Positions 25,359 through 38,696 of a stretch of DNA of 64,000 nucleotides are shown piece after piece. The notes under the pieces were generated by a model. It searched no databases, was not told the DNA's origin, and saw only the letters and a program-made list of their open reading frames with translations. Made by a program: the position numbers and the translations under genes. Source of the stretch: Dendrobates tinctorius (lineage: Eukaryota); the NCBI RefSeq assembly GCF_039654945.1, contig NW_027362071.1, positions 620,001-684,000 on the forward strand, given 5' to 3'. Position 1 is the first letter of the stretch; every line of letters starts with the position of its first letter.

Positions 25359-25992
25359 GCGGCCACACCGAACCGTTGAAAAATAAAATTGTGCAGCCCC
25401 TGGCTCGCTTCAGGTGGGTAAAGCTTCGTTAACACTGGTGCATTTGATAAAGCATCAAATGGCAACCAACGATGTGGCAACGCCTGAAGGAGTATCCCCA
25501 AAACCTTAGCAGTCACCAGGCTCGGACTGGCCCATAGGAGAACAGGAGAATCCTCTGGTGGGCCCCCATGCAGGAATGCACTCTCCATTCCACCTACATG
25601 AGATGTAGTTGGCACGATACATTTGTTTCACTCTGTACAGACAATGGCATCATCTCAACATTCCTTTAACATACTATCTCATTTATTATATAAAAACATA
25701 GAGAAGTTTGTGAATGAGGGTAATCTGATATTTGCATGCAGCTGTACAGTGGGCCACCAGAGTCAATGTTACTGGTGGGGCCTTAGAATTTCTTTTTAAT
25801 GGGAAAGGGGAGAGGATCTGCCTATATCCGCTGCTTCTTAGAATCTCTTGAACTGTCATCTATCTTGGCAATATAGCAATCTCTTCCCTGAATACAGGTT
25901 TTACCAGTTAATTGACAACTAATGCACCACTCCAGCATTTATTCTTGCACTGCAGTGGTGCAACTAATCTAAGTTCCCTGACCTTAGTCTTA

Positions 25993-26830
25993 GGCTGTGT
26001 GCCCACGTTGTGTTTTCTATGCGTTTCTGCCGCAGCAGAAACTTAAAAAAAAAAAAAAAAAGCTAATAAAACGCATTCCCATGCAATCCTATGGGATTCC
26101 GCAGTTGCTGTGCCCATGCTGCGGATTTTACCGCTGCAGAATCGCATAGCGGTAAAATCCGCAGCATGGTCGTTATTTCTGCAGAATCGCTGCAATTCCA
26201 CCGCCATAGGATTGCATTGAAACACTCACTTTACGCATGTGGCTATGCCCACCATGCGTAAAGTGAGCGCTTCATGTGCGGATGGTACCCAGGGTCTGGA
26301 GGAGATGAGACTCTCCTCCATACCCTGGGTACCATATTCCTATAAAATTAAAATTAAAAAAAAAAAAGGGATATAATCACCTTCTGATGGCCCCCGGAAT
26401 CCTCCCGCCTCTCAGCCACGCTGCCGGCAAGCTCCATTCCCATGGATGCATTGCGCGAATCATCTGAGATGACGTTGCGGTCTCGCGAGCGTGACGTCAC
26501 TAAGGTCCTTCGTGCAAAGCATCCCTGGAAACGGAGCTTGCCGGCAGCGTGGCTGAGTGGCGGGAGGATTCCGGGGGCCATCAGAAGGGTGAGTATATCA
26601 CTATTTTTAACATTCTATCTCTTACAATTGATGCTGCATAGGCAGCATCAATGGTAAAAAATTTGTCACACTTGTCAAGCACTATGCTTGACAAGTGTGA
26701 TCAACCTGTCAATCACTTTTGCAAGCGATGCTTGAAATCGCTTGGAAAGCGCACGCATTCTGCAAGCTAAAAACGCTTGCAAAATGCTTATATTTTGCGG
26801 GAAAAACGCATGTGACGTGGGAACTTGGCT
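25993..26830. mobile_element. Large non-autonomous TIR element, same family as 53282-54204
   Basis: TTA-GGCTGTGTGCCCAC start; internal palindrome; shared internal sequence. Confidence 0.7.
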
Positions 26831-27339
26831 GTATACTTACCAGCTGCCATGTTGCGTTGAGCTATTGTAGCCGCTCAAGTCCCGCGCTGCTATCTTGGGA
26901 CCATAACTTCTGACTGCGAGCTTGTGATCATTACCTCTGAACATCAGTCAATGTAAGGCCTCCTTCAGGGTCTCGGTTGTGACTTCTGGATCACCCAGCA
27001 AACACTGGAGTAATCCGGCAGGTCACAACCTGCAGAAGAGCAAACGGAGCGACGCCGATAAAAGATGAAGACAGCGACTGGTGAATATAATAATAGAAAA
27101 GGGAATTTAAAGTAATTGCACCACTCCAGCACTGCAAATAAAAAAGAAAAAAAAAAAACCACACTGGAGTGGTGCTTTAATCAGTCCTGGCAGAGAAAGA
27201 AGCCAATTTTTCCCATAAGATAAATTACAAAATTTCCTATTTTCTTGTGTACTATTGATTAATGAAATACAAATTAAAATGACAATTACTCTTTAAACGA
27301 AGAAAATCTGAAATGTCATCTCTTTCTTTAATTTGACAG

Positions 27340-27472
27340 TTTGTTGAAAGCATAAATTTGAATAGAAAGCCTTTCCATCTTGTCGGTACATCCATGGGGG
27401 GATGCGTTGCTGGGGTGTATGCTTCCGAATATCCCTCTGATATCTCCAGCTTGAGTCTTATTTGCCCTGCAG
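27340..27472 (+). CDS. ABHD6: ABHD6 coding exon 4 (catalytic Ser, GTSMGG)
   Basis: FVESINLNRKPFHLVGTSMGGCVAGVYASEYPSDISSLSLICPA. Confidence 0.96.
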
Positions 27473-28136
27473 GTAAATTCATGGGCTATATATTGTAAAT
27501 CCACAGTCATGGGTCTGTTTACTGTTCAGGCACTAACATTTGGCATAAATGTCTCCTTGGGAATGGCGCAGGTGGAACCACTGTATCGTATGTGCCTCTA
27601 AGATGGGAACAGTCAGCTATGAATATTATTAGTTTGGGCCGCACACATGCTGTGGCACAAACTGTTGCAGAGGGTGATACATGCCCATCATGGCATGTGT
27701 TATTACAGAGGGTTGACCATGTAGGTACCATGGTACACTGTTGTGGCGCCTAAAAGTTGGTTATCCAGCTTTCACTGTATGAATTTATGGCCAGTTTTAC
27801 ATTCTGGATGGAAATGCCAGGTCCACCATCTGGAACCCTCAACTATTGGGTTATTGAAGGTCCATTGACCCCCCCCCCCCAATTTCCAATTCCCACTCTA
27901 GAATTCTCTGCACACTTCATGCTTTTGTTGATTGGGAATCAATGATTGTAGATATCAAACTTTTCTCGATCTAGCATAAATCTAAGGGATCCTCACCTAT
28001 GTGGCGAACAGAAGTATGACTCCTCCTTTTCTCTACTATAGTAGTGACTGTCAAGAGACGCACATTTGTGTGACCACCTGTCTACTTTTTGCCTGGATGC
28101 GACAGCAGCCTTTCCAGATGGGTTGAGGGATCCTCT

Positions 28137-28365
28137 TTTTCCACATGGGCACAGTAGGTTGGGGACCTCCTTTTTTCCACATGGGTGCAGTGTGTTGGGG
28201 ACCTCCTTTTTTCCACATGGGTGCAGTGTGTTGGGGACTTCCTCTTTCCACATGGGTGCAGTGTGTTGGGGACCTTCTCTTTCCACATGGGTGCAGTGTG
28301 TTGGGGACCTCCTCTTTCCACATGGGCGCAGTAGGTTGGGGAGCCCCTTTTTTCCATATGGGTGC
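28137..28365. repeat. ~37-bp minisatellite (ccacatgggtgcagtgtgttggggacctcctttt)
   Basis: About six tandem units. Confidence 0.9.
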
Positions 28366-28564
28366 AGATCCCCAATGGTGAGACCTATAAGTGCATTTAT
28401 GGCATGTCCTCTAAGACTGGAATATATAAAACACTTTTTTAATTTTTAGAAGGACCTATTTAACCCATTTTAAAGTGTTTATTAAACTATTATGCATAAT
28501 CCTGACTTAAAATTGTCAGGGTCAAATTGATTGTTTATCCTGGGTTTTTTTTCCCCATAACTAG

Positions 28565-28722
28565 GTTTGCAGTATCCTACAGATAGTAAATTTTTAAAAC
28601 AGCTGCAAGATATAAAGGAATCTGGCAATGATGAGAAAATTCCCCTCATTCCGTCAACTGCGGAAGAAATGGAGCAAATGCTGAAGCTTTGTTCATACGT
28701 CCGCTTCAAGATCCCGCAGCAG
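28565..28722 (+). CDS. ABHD6: ABHD6 coding exon 5
   Basis: LQYPTDSKFL..KIPLIPSTAEEMEQMLKLCSYVRFKIPQQ; donor GTCAGA. Confidence 0.96.
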
Positions 28723-28732
28723 GTCAGAACTA

Positions 28733-28734
<2 letters not shown>

Positions 28735-28786
<52 letters not shown>
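28735..28786. repeat. (GT)n microsatellite
   Basis: Seen directly. Confidence 0.97.
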
Positions 28787-28795
<9 letters not shown>

Positions 28796-29068
28796 TGTTC
28801 AATATTTCTTGCATGACGCTATAGTATAATAAATTGGCTTTGATGTGCACGTTGCAACCAATCGTAGTGCCTCTTTCATTTTTCTAGAGCAACTTATGAA
28901 AATGAAAGCTGATCATTGATTGGGTAACAAACTGTTATCTTGGCTTCTCCTAAATTAGGCCTATTGTATCATAAAGGACAATGACAACCAATTACAGCTG
29001 CCATAGCAGCCAGCGTTTGTACAATTCTGAATGGTGGCTCGGCCTAGTTGCGAGGGGGATACTGCGTT

Positions 29069-29107
<39 letters not shown>

Positions 29108-30894
29108 GGCCAAACAGCTGGAACCGAAGTGTCGGCCATATTGGTTGTAACTAAGATTTCTGTTCTTGGGTGAAGTTCTGTCAGTTTCTCTCGACCATAT
29201 GTTCCAGCTCTATTGCTACGTTAGAAATCTGAGCACGGCCTCCAAGTCTGATAATGTGTGTTAGCTACTTCTGTATATGTGGCGGTACAAGAGCGGCTCT
29301 CTACAGAGCAGGGCACAGATGGCGCTTATTAGTAGGTTTGGCACACAGTCCTCTGTGGCCGCGACTTCTCTGCCCTACTAACCGTCTCCCTTGTGTATCT
29401 TGACATCACTGGTTAAATCCACATACTGTATTACAAAAATACATCTGTGACATTAAACTAGTAAATATAATATTTAAAGGGCACGTTCATTGCAGAACAT
29501 CCTTTTTGTCTGCCAGTGTTTTTTTTTTTTTTTTATAGTGTGTGGTTTTTTTTTTGTTTTTTTTTTTTTTTATTTTATACCGCTTTTTGGGTCAATACAA
29601 TACATTGTTCACTTTTCATTGCATTTTTTTCTTGAGGGAGGTGCAGCAATGATTTTACACTGCCAAAAAGGGCAACCGTATGTACCTGGCCAGGTCTCAG
29701 AACTAAAGCACTAACTGGGTGCAGTAAACCCATGTAATATAGATGGCGGCAACACAGGGGCAAAATACTGATGAGACCACCACTCTCACAACCTGCCAGT
29801 TCATGGAAGGGGTGATTGCTTAGTATTAAAATTGCACACAAAAAAGGCTTGTATAGGGCGCTGGTCGCACACAAGTAGTGCAGTGTCTGACTTACAGCCT
29901 ATTAGTGCAACCATACTATTAGATCAGGTGGGCGGCTCAGCACTATATCAGTGCACCCCATGAGGACAGACACCCTAGGTTACAAGGTCAACACTGATGG
30001 ACTTGGCTGCACCCTGAATAAAAATAATGTGCAAAAAAAATATATGTAATATATGAGATATTAGTCGATATTTTGGCCAAAATACAAAAGCTCGCAACCC
30101 GCCTCAAGGGTCCTCATACTTTCGAGTTTTTACACTAAAATTAAAAGCAAAACCACAAAAATAGGAATTAAATTTCCCCCCCAAAAAAAAATTCAAGAAT
30201 TTGCACAACAATAAAGGGAAACAGTATTTGCCTGGCCAGGTCTCGGAACTAATGCAATAAGCAACCACCCTCAAAATGAATTGGTAGGTTATGGTTGTCT
30301 TATCAGTATTGTGCTGTGTAAATTCTTGACTTTTGGTGGTAATTTTAATTCCCCCTTTCTTTTTTTGTTGTTTTTTTTTTTTTGTTTTTTTGGGGGGGGT
30401 TTATGGGTTGAATTAATTTCCTCCTTTCATAAATAGAACTTTTATGGACATGGTGATACTGAATATATTTATTTTCTTAAGCTGAGGGGTGATTCAAACT
30501 TGGGGTTTGGGTAGCGCCTAAACAGGTGCCCTCCCCCCATCTCATGAGATTTGAGTGATCTATTTAGAAATGTTATAAAAGCATTTTAGTTTGTGAAATC
30601 TGATGACAGATTCGCTTTAAAACATTCTGGAATATTGTTACCTAAGATTAAGGAGCCCATAATTAAGCTGTCCAGCTAATCACAAGCCTATAATCACTGA
30701 CAGGCCTTGGATGAAAGATCCGCCATCGTCATTTACAAATGGGCACGTTGCTAGCATGAAAACCCAATTACTGCCTCCCAGAATCGGTGGAAGTGTCACT
30801 AATTGTTAAAAGGAAGCGTAAAATATGTCCTGTAAAATGGTTTCCCTAGAAAATACTTGTGACTATGCCGGCACTAATCATTGTGTTAAGCATG

Positions 30895-32202
30895 TGTGGC
30901 GCCCCTGAGGCTCGGTCGCCACAGAGGTACTGCACCTTCTCCTAAGGTGTGGTGCCCCACCATCCAGGTAAGTTGGAGGCTCCTGACCACACTCCAACAC
31001 TCGCACCCCACACAACAGAGTAGTTCAGCAAAACCACATTGCGGCTCCCTGCTTAGAGAGAAGCAGAGCACCTTTGGTGGCTCCCTGCTTGGAACACTAA
31101 ATGTGCTGGGAGGTGGGTGGAGTTTAGAACACATAAAAGAGCGGGATGGTTTAGGATTACAGGTCAGTCAGAAGGGGAGTAGGAGAGAGGAAGCCACTCG
31201 GAGAGGAGCGGGGATCCCTGGAAGAAGGATGGAGGAAGGAGTGCTGCAGCTGCCTCAGTGACCTGAGCCAGCTGGCACGGGAAAGGAAAGAAGGAGAAAG
31301 ACATTGAGCTGAAGCCTGAGCTTCCATAGGAGAGAAAGACAAGTACGGAACGTAGGAGTAAAAGGGAACACAGAGTACGTGGGTTAGAGGAAGAACCCTG
31401 CCTAGAAGTTCTAAGCGCAATGGGGGGCCCGGTCCCCAAGGTTGTATGGACACTAATGGTTCTGCAGCAGACACCGGTGGAGTAGTGGGCTGTAAATGCA
31501 CTACTCCCATCTAAGACTTGGGGCACAACAGCAACACGGCTAGAGAGCCGGGACTCAGGAGTCCCCGAAGCAGGCTACAGCTGTCTGCCGTACAAGTAGA
31601 ATTCTTGGGAACATCTGTCAGGAGGCACTCCAGTGTAACTCAGTACTAGGAGATCTTCACACTTAAAGGCGCTATAGAGGAGACGTTCAGAAAAGGCACA
31701 TACTGTAAGTTGGCGGAGCGTGGAAGGGAGCATTCCATCTTGCCTGTAGGTTGACTGAGTCCCTGACCTGGAGGACACGGCACAGAAGCAGGCACTACAG
31801 ACTGTGAGTAAAGCTTTGGAACTACATGCCCTGGTGTCCTCCATTCCTTCCTGCATCCATCCGCCTGGCACTGCTACATCCCCTGTGCCAAACACTACAC
31901 CATCTAAGTGTCTTCACATCTATACTGCCCTGGGACAACAGCCCTGCCTGTGGAGGGCTATAACATCATTGCTGCACCACACCATCTGTCCCGGAGGATC
32001 TGTCTGCAGCGTTGGCTTAACACCTCCCTTTCCGAACACCACAGGTTGCGTCACGAACTATTCATCTAACTACATTCCACCATTCACAACATCCCCTATT
32101 AATTGGGCGCCCAGGGCCACGGTCCGGGTCACCGCTACTGTGACACATCCCGCTGATACCGGCCCGGTACTGAGTACCCCACAGCCCTGGGAAGGCGACC
32201 GA
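30895..32202. mobile_element. Solo LTR family A, copy 1 (4-bp TSD CATG)
   Basis: TGTGGCGCCCC..GGCGACCGA flanked by CATG; homologous to 38697-40009 and 47657-49703. Confidence 0.82.
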
Positions 32203-33621
32203 CATGGGTATGTTATAAAGATATCTCTACTGATGGTTGTGTAAAAAGTAGTTATGTCTTGACAAGAATGATGTACGGTAATTTTTTTTTTTTTTTCAAA
32301 TCTGCTATAGACAAAAAAACCTCCAGTTTGGACCTAGCAACTTTTTTTTTTTTTTTCCCTTTTAAATCAGATCCCTCACCAGATTTCACAATGACAACTG
32401 CATCTATTTTAAATAGATCTTTAAAACCTGATGAGGCTGGTGTAATTACTTTGAAAATTCCCATCAGAATGGTTGTATAATCCTTTTGGATAGTTTAAAG
32501 TCCACCTAGCCTGATTGACAGCTCCTCGTTGTCCCTCTTCGCTGAGGTCTCACATTGCTCAGTATAAGCTGCTGCTGCTATCAATCAGGATGGGATCATG
32601 GAGACTGAATACATTTGGACTCCTAAAATGCTCATTTTAATATCAGGATATCTTCTTTCTATTTAATTGAAGACCATGATGGGCCGCCCCGCTGGCACTC
32701 AGGAGCGGAGCGTTCAGCTTTATGTATTGCTATACGGCCGCACGCTCCAATCTGAGTGCCAGCGGAAGTGCCGGGTATTAACGTGCGAGACTCGTCCGAG
32801 TTTCTCGCATGTGTGATCCCGGCATTATAGATGGCATCAGGAGGAGCGTTGTATACAGATCTCCAAAGCATTAAGAGAGGACGAAAGTATCTAAAGTCTT
32901 ATGGATGGTGGAGAAAACAAATTCATTCTAGACAAGATGGAAAGCACAAGAAGAGTAAATAAATGCAGTTCTTGAGCTTTACAGCTTGAAAAATATGTTC
33001 GAGTCCCCCACGGCTGCATGTCTCGGCGCTGTTAGACAGACTGAACACATGCAGGGATTGCTTGTTTGGTAGGCTGTCCCTGCATGTAGTGCAGCTGTCT
33101 AACAGCCGAGATATACAACCATGGGGACTCTAATATATTTTTTGAACACGCCGAAGACACTTTGTCAGCACACGAGCATGCTCGGATAATACCTTATCTG
33201 AGCGTGTTTGCTCATCGTAACTAATGAACAAAGCCGCATCCTGGATATACACACAGCTCACATCCAGCCTTTATTCCTGGGAGTGACACTCCCACTAAGC
33301 GAGACATTTGTAACTTGTATCAGTCTGCAAACTCCATGTTAGGGGGTTACAAAATGAATGAAGGGATAAAGATTGCAGTCTGAAAAGTAAGTGCTGGTAA
33401 CTGCTGATATGTAAAAATAGTACCTTATTACACCGATTTTCTGCCTCCACGATCTCTTCATTGAAATAACTGCAAGCCTGAAAATGTTGTTTTAGATATG
33501 TGCTATGGCTTAGAATCCTAACACAAGCTGGATCCTTTCCTCATTTATGACATCCGTGTATCAGTATATTACCAAAATATATTTTAGATCTAATCCCAAT
33601 AATGTCTTTCTTTATTTTTAG

Positions 33622-33676
33622 GTCTTACAAGGACTTGTTGATGTTCGCATCCCTCACAATGATTTTTATAGAAAAT
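33622..33676 (+). CDS. ABHD6: ABHD6 coding exon 6
   Basis: VLQGLVDVRIPHNDFYRK; donor GTAAGT. Confidence 0.95.
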
Positions 33677-34125
33677 GTAAGTTATAGCAAACGCATATGA
33701 TATAACATTCTGCGGCGTAGAAACCTCCCTACTACTAATGTATGAACACGGCTGGAAATGAATGGGCATTTTATTACCGATTGGTATAACGATCTTCTTT
33801 ACCATTAATAATAGATGACTGCTTGGCAATGAATGGAAATGGTCTGACTGTAAAAAAAAAAATAAATCAGCAAATAAAATATATCAAGCATTGCCGACCA
33901 TAACGTATTTAGAGAAGTTTGCCAACCATGTCCATTTCTCTATTAAAGGCAATGTCTCCAATAGAGAAGCCCTTTTAAATATGGACACCATAAGGAGACC
34001 TCATTTGAGTCCCCTCTCGCATATATTATGTTTGATTTTTATGATTTATTTTTGTTATTAGTTCCCCCCCAAAAAAAATTCCCGTTTTATCCAGCAAATG
34101 ATAATGAATGAACTTCTTTGTTTAG

Positions 34126-34226
34126 TATTTTTAGATATGGTAGAAGAGAAATCGCGTCACACTCTACATGAGAGCATGCACAGAATCACTGCTCCCACCC
34201 AAATAATATGGGGCAGGCAGGACCAG
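34126..34226 (+). CDS. ABHD6: ABHD6 coding exon 7 (catalytic Asp, WGRQDQ)
   Basis: FLDMVEEKSRHTLHESMHRITAPTQIIWGRQDQ. Confidence 0.96.
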
Positions 34227-34544
34227 GTAAGTGGATTCTTTATTTTCTTTTGTATGATAAGTATTGAGAGAAAACACTGTAGTGATATTTTAGGATCAAA
34301 TTATTAAAAGGCAATCAAAACAGACATTTCTTAAACTGCTTAAAAACTCACTAAGGTTTATTACCGCTAGCCCTTGCCAGGAATGATCCGAGAACCATGT
34401 GGCGATCCCCTCTAAGTACTGGATATCTTCCCCCAAAAAAGAAATGGGAAGATAATTGAGAGAAACAAAAAATATTTTGTATTTGACCAGGATTGACGCG
34501 TCTCTTTCCCAGTACACACATGCAGGGAGAGACCTGTCACTCAT

Positions 34545-34900
34545 TGTACTTACAATTGCTCATTTTGCCTTTTTACCCAGCTAATTCTTCTCTTTTTCCA
34601 TTAGGTCTATGACCTCACATGATGAATAACTGACTAGCTGAATCCTTCTAAGCTCTATGTAGAAAGAGGAGGTCAAATTTCCCTGCATGAGTCATCACTG
34701 CAAAAGATCCTGGGAGGAGGGAACAGCTGGGTCAGGAGGTGAGGAAGGCGATGATTCATGCAGGGGGAAAAGAGACTTCCTGTTTCTACATACAACAAAG
34801 ACAAGAGAAGAATTAGCTGGGTAGAAAGGCAAAAAGAGCAATTGTAAGGACACAGTGCTGGTTAATATAATTGGAGTAAATTAACAGGATAGAAATTTTT
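34545..34900. mobile_element. Palindromic MITE related to 42665-43125
   Basis: Shared tgtacttacaattgctcatttt..cccagcta arms. Confidence 0.65.
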
Positions 34901-35321
34901 ATTTTAAAATGTCATTTAGAGAAGCCCTCCGATCTAACCTGCATGGCTGAAATCTTACAGCCAATGTCTGATACATGTTGTCCGTGGATTGGGCACATGG
35001 AGGTTCTGTTTTAAGAACCAAGTTGGCCGCAGAAATAAAAAGGTAATATTTATTAAAAAAATATAATGCAGGGATCTCAGTTAGTGACTCCATATTTTAT
35101 GTTGACCCCAGATTGGGAGGCATAAACCTGATGACCGATCCCCTTTAAATGAGGCCCATTTAAGTGAATGGCTCAGCCATAGAATAGTAAAACCTTCCGA
35201 GTCCATCATAGCAGGAGAGGACCCCACCTTTCACTACTAGAGGATTTTTATATGGACAGTAAATCTAAGCCTCACAGAAGTATTAGGCATTAATATATAT
35301 ATTTTTTTGGTCTTATTTTAG

Positions 35322-35498
35322 GTACTTGATGTTTCTGGAGCTGACGTCTTAGCTAATGCAATCCCCGGAAGCCAAGTGGAGATCCTGGAGAACTGCGGCC
35401 ATTCGGTAGTGATGGAGCGACCACGAAAATCAGCCAAGCTCATAGTGGACTTTTTATCTTCCTTGCAAACCACAGAGAACAATAAGAAGCATGATTAA
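35322..35498 (+). CDS. ABHD6: ABHD6 coding exon 8 (catalytic His, CGHSV; stop). Spliced CDS is 1014 nt = 337 aa
   Basis: VLDVSGADVLANAIPGSQVEILENCGHSVVMERPRKSAKLIVDFLSSLQTTENNKKHD*. Confidence 0.96.
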   Translation, partial: VLDVSGADVLANAIPGSQVEILENCGHSVVMERPRKSAKLIVDFLSSLQTTENNKKHD

Positions 35499-36551
35499 AG
35501 ATTCAGGACGGCTCCGGACTCTCTGGTCCTCTCTATTACTGTATTTCTCTGAGCTTCTCGGGGGATCTGTAGACCTTCTAGGAAAGTAGCTTAGTTCCTT
35601 GTGAACAGAAGACTGTGTCTGAATACAGATGACTTCCAGTGCAGCGGAGTCTTTAGAACAACGCATTGCACATAATGGGTACTGCAGCGGCGGCACTATT
35701 GTTGTAAATGGTCCCCAGTGGCACTGTAATAGTTAAAGCCCGCATTTGGACTGATGCACTGACCCGAAACCATACTCCAAAATCATAGATGAATTAATAA
35801 TATAGCAAAATGCAAGTAAGTTCGGTAAGCTTATTTATCGTGATAGGCGGTAAGACAATGTCACTCTGACGGTATGAGCCATTTCTATGGTCGGAACATG
35901 CAAATTAATATTGCACTGCCGGAGAAACCGTAATATCTGGGCATTGTGCCTTCCAAGCAGGTTACATTCTATGCGGGTCGGCTTTGACACCGTTCCCCTG
36001 ACTGAGGATTCTGCTGCTATAGAATAAGCACTGCATGGCTATATTCAGAAATTTCACCCAAAACCTTTTCCTGAGCCTCTGCCCCGTGTTACTAATATTA
36101 CCACTACTACCCCAATAGTAAAAATGCCAAAGAAGCAAGAAATTGAGACCATCATTCAGGGCTTAATAGGTGCAAACTGCATTGCCCCAAAAATTCGGCC
36201 TTTCCATTTAATGCTTATTTTGCATGATCTCTGTTGCTATAGGTTATAGCACATTGGCAGTGACAAATAATTATATTAAAGGTCCAAAAGTAGAAAAATA
36301 AGGCTTTTTTTTTTTTTTTTTTTTCTGTAACACAGCACCACCGTTGTCTTTAGGCTGTACTTGGTATTACAGCGCTGAGCGATCCACTTTAATGGAAATA
36401 GGGGTGGTGCTGCAGCAATATTTTTCTAATTCTGGCTATAAAATACTAAGGTTTTCTTTGCTAATTTGCCATAGGGGCAATATTTTAAGGATTTCTGGCT
36501 CATTTCTGTATTTCTTTACCCATGGACCAGTATGCAATTCAAATTTGTGTT

Positions 36552-36557
36552 AATAAA
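36552..36557 (+). terminator. ABHD6: Likely ABHD6 polyadenylation signal
   Basis: AATAAA followed by a GT/T-rich downstream element. Confidence 0.6.
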
Positions 36558-38089
36558 TATACATATTGTTATTACTTGTGTTTATTTTTTTTACTCTTTA
36601 TTACTTTAAAGGGACCATAAAAAAGGTCAAGAAAATTATATTTAGTTCAGATATGAAATAAGATGGAGATATATATATCTATTATATATATATATATATA
36701 TATTTTTTTTTCATATTTTATCCTCCACCTAAAAGTGTCTTGCTCTGTGAGCGGAATATTATGTCATTTGTGAAGGCAAGGTGTGCAATCCGTGTCTTCC
36801 CATGCTAAGAGCGGACGCTGCGGAGCCGTGCGCTGCTGTGTGCAGCAATATACATCTATAATAGAAATAGGAAAGAACACGGAACAGGGAAGATTGAGAA
36901 ATGTAATAGTCGTGTAGATTTCATGACCCTTGCCCTAGTGCGACGGTGATAAACTCGGCTGACTCTGCCGCATTACTGACCTGTTGCCCAGATTCCTGCA
37001 CTTTGTCCTGGTGACATTCACAGATCGGAACCATAAAACTCCAGCGCTGATCTTATACACGACTCAAGGCTCGTTCACATTAGACGATCTGCGTAGTTCA
37101 ATGACCGCCGATTGGCTTAATGTTTGTGGTCGACCTGTATAATAATCAGCACGACTACCGGTCGGCTTTTATGCCGCATTCACACAAACGTGATGCACAG
37201 ACCAGCCACGGGTGTCCTGCCCCAAACTTATCAGAAGGGCAGGAGACCCGTGGACAACCAATGCTCAGACTGTGACACATGGATGTGCGAATGTCGTCTT
37301 GCGCTGTGCATACAAAGATCACTAATGGATGGGTCAGCGCACGTAGGCTGCCATTGTTCTTGGCAGCACATGTTCGGTTTTTCTCAAGACTAGAGTGTTG
37401 ACTTATTAGCTGTTCTGGGCACTGTTCCGGTTGATCTCCAGGAGTTATTGACCTGCTGGATCTCTCCAGTGTTTGCCGGGTGATCTGGAAGTCACAACTA
37501 AGTCTATGAGAGTCAGAATGAGGTCCTCATTGACTTACACTGAGAGCTTGTGGCCCGCGCCAGTTGCAAGATTTCGTCACAGGACCAGAGAGGCGCTGGG
37601 AAGAGCTGAAGACTTCAGGTGTTAAGAATAATATTGGGTGCAGGGGCCTTAGATTAGCAGCACCACTCCAGGGCTAAAATAAAAAAAAACAAAACACTGG
37701 AGTGGTGCTTTAGCATGGACGCCAACCATCTGTGGTCACCTTTAGCTGTGTTGTACCAAGTGCACATACCTGATTTGCTGCTCCATTAAAATTAAAGACT
37801 CTGAATCCATATTCTTGTAGTTATTGGTGGAATCCCTGGCTCAAACCCCCAGCGATTTGCAAATATGTTGTGATCTTGGTATAAACTCTTTAAAGTGAAG
37901 TTTACATGAGTGTATTTTCGGTCTGTGCACTGTAGATATGCAACATACAGATCAATGTAAAGCAATGTGGTAGTTCATATAAATCCATTTTTACAGATGA
38001 CCGGCCACGATAAGGTCTCTGCGAGAGGCGGGCCTGCCGAAGCCAGCGCGTATGTCAGCAGAACGTGTCTCTGAGGATACAAGGAAGGG

Positions 38090-38696
38090 CTCCAGAATAA
38101 GGAGCATTTTAAAGGAAAGGGTCCCAGGCCAGGATGGGATTCATTATACCAAAAAGGAGCCCAGGATTGGGGTCACTATAGCAGGACGTGGCCCAGCATG
38201 GGTGACAATATACCAGGATGGGGGACTTTATGCTAGAAAGGGGCTCAGGATGGGGAACACTGTTACAGTAAGGGACATATGATTGATAGTAAGGGCCCCA
38301 GAACGGGACATTATACTAGGTAGGGGTTCAGAATGAGGGGGATATATCAAGAAGGGGCCCTAGATGGTGGACATTATACAAGGAATGGGCCCAGGATGGG
38401 GGACGTTATACCTGGAAGGAGCACAGGATGTGGGATGTCATACCAGGAAGGAGCACAGGATGTGGGACATTATCTCGGGAAGGGGCCTAGGATGAGAGAG
38501 ATTATTACAGGATGGGAGCCATGACGGCAGAGATTACAGCAAACAGCTAGGACGGGCAAGATTATTACATGGGAGGTGAAAACAAGCATGTCATTATAAG
38601 ATCTAGAATGCTAAGAGAGTCCAAACATCTGACCAACATGCAGGTGGGGGCCCAGGTCCAAATTTTTCACTGGGGTCCATTGGACTCTAGTTATGC
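38090..38696. repeat. Minisatellite (ccaggatggggga..) inside a hAT-like non-autonomous element; related array at 45200-46420
   Basis: Repeat units; end ..ctagttatgc|LTR|cactg. Confidence 0.6.

Noticed and set aside
28567-28824. ORF with poly-(VC) tail
   Set aside because: ABHD6 exon 5 read through its donor into a (GT)n microsatellite
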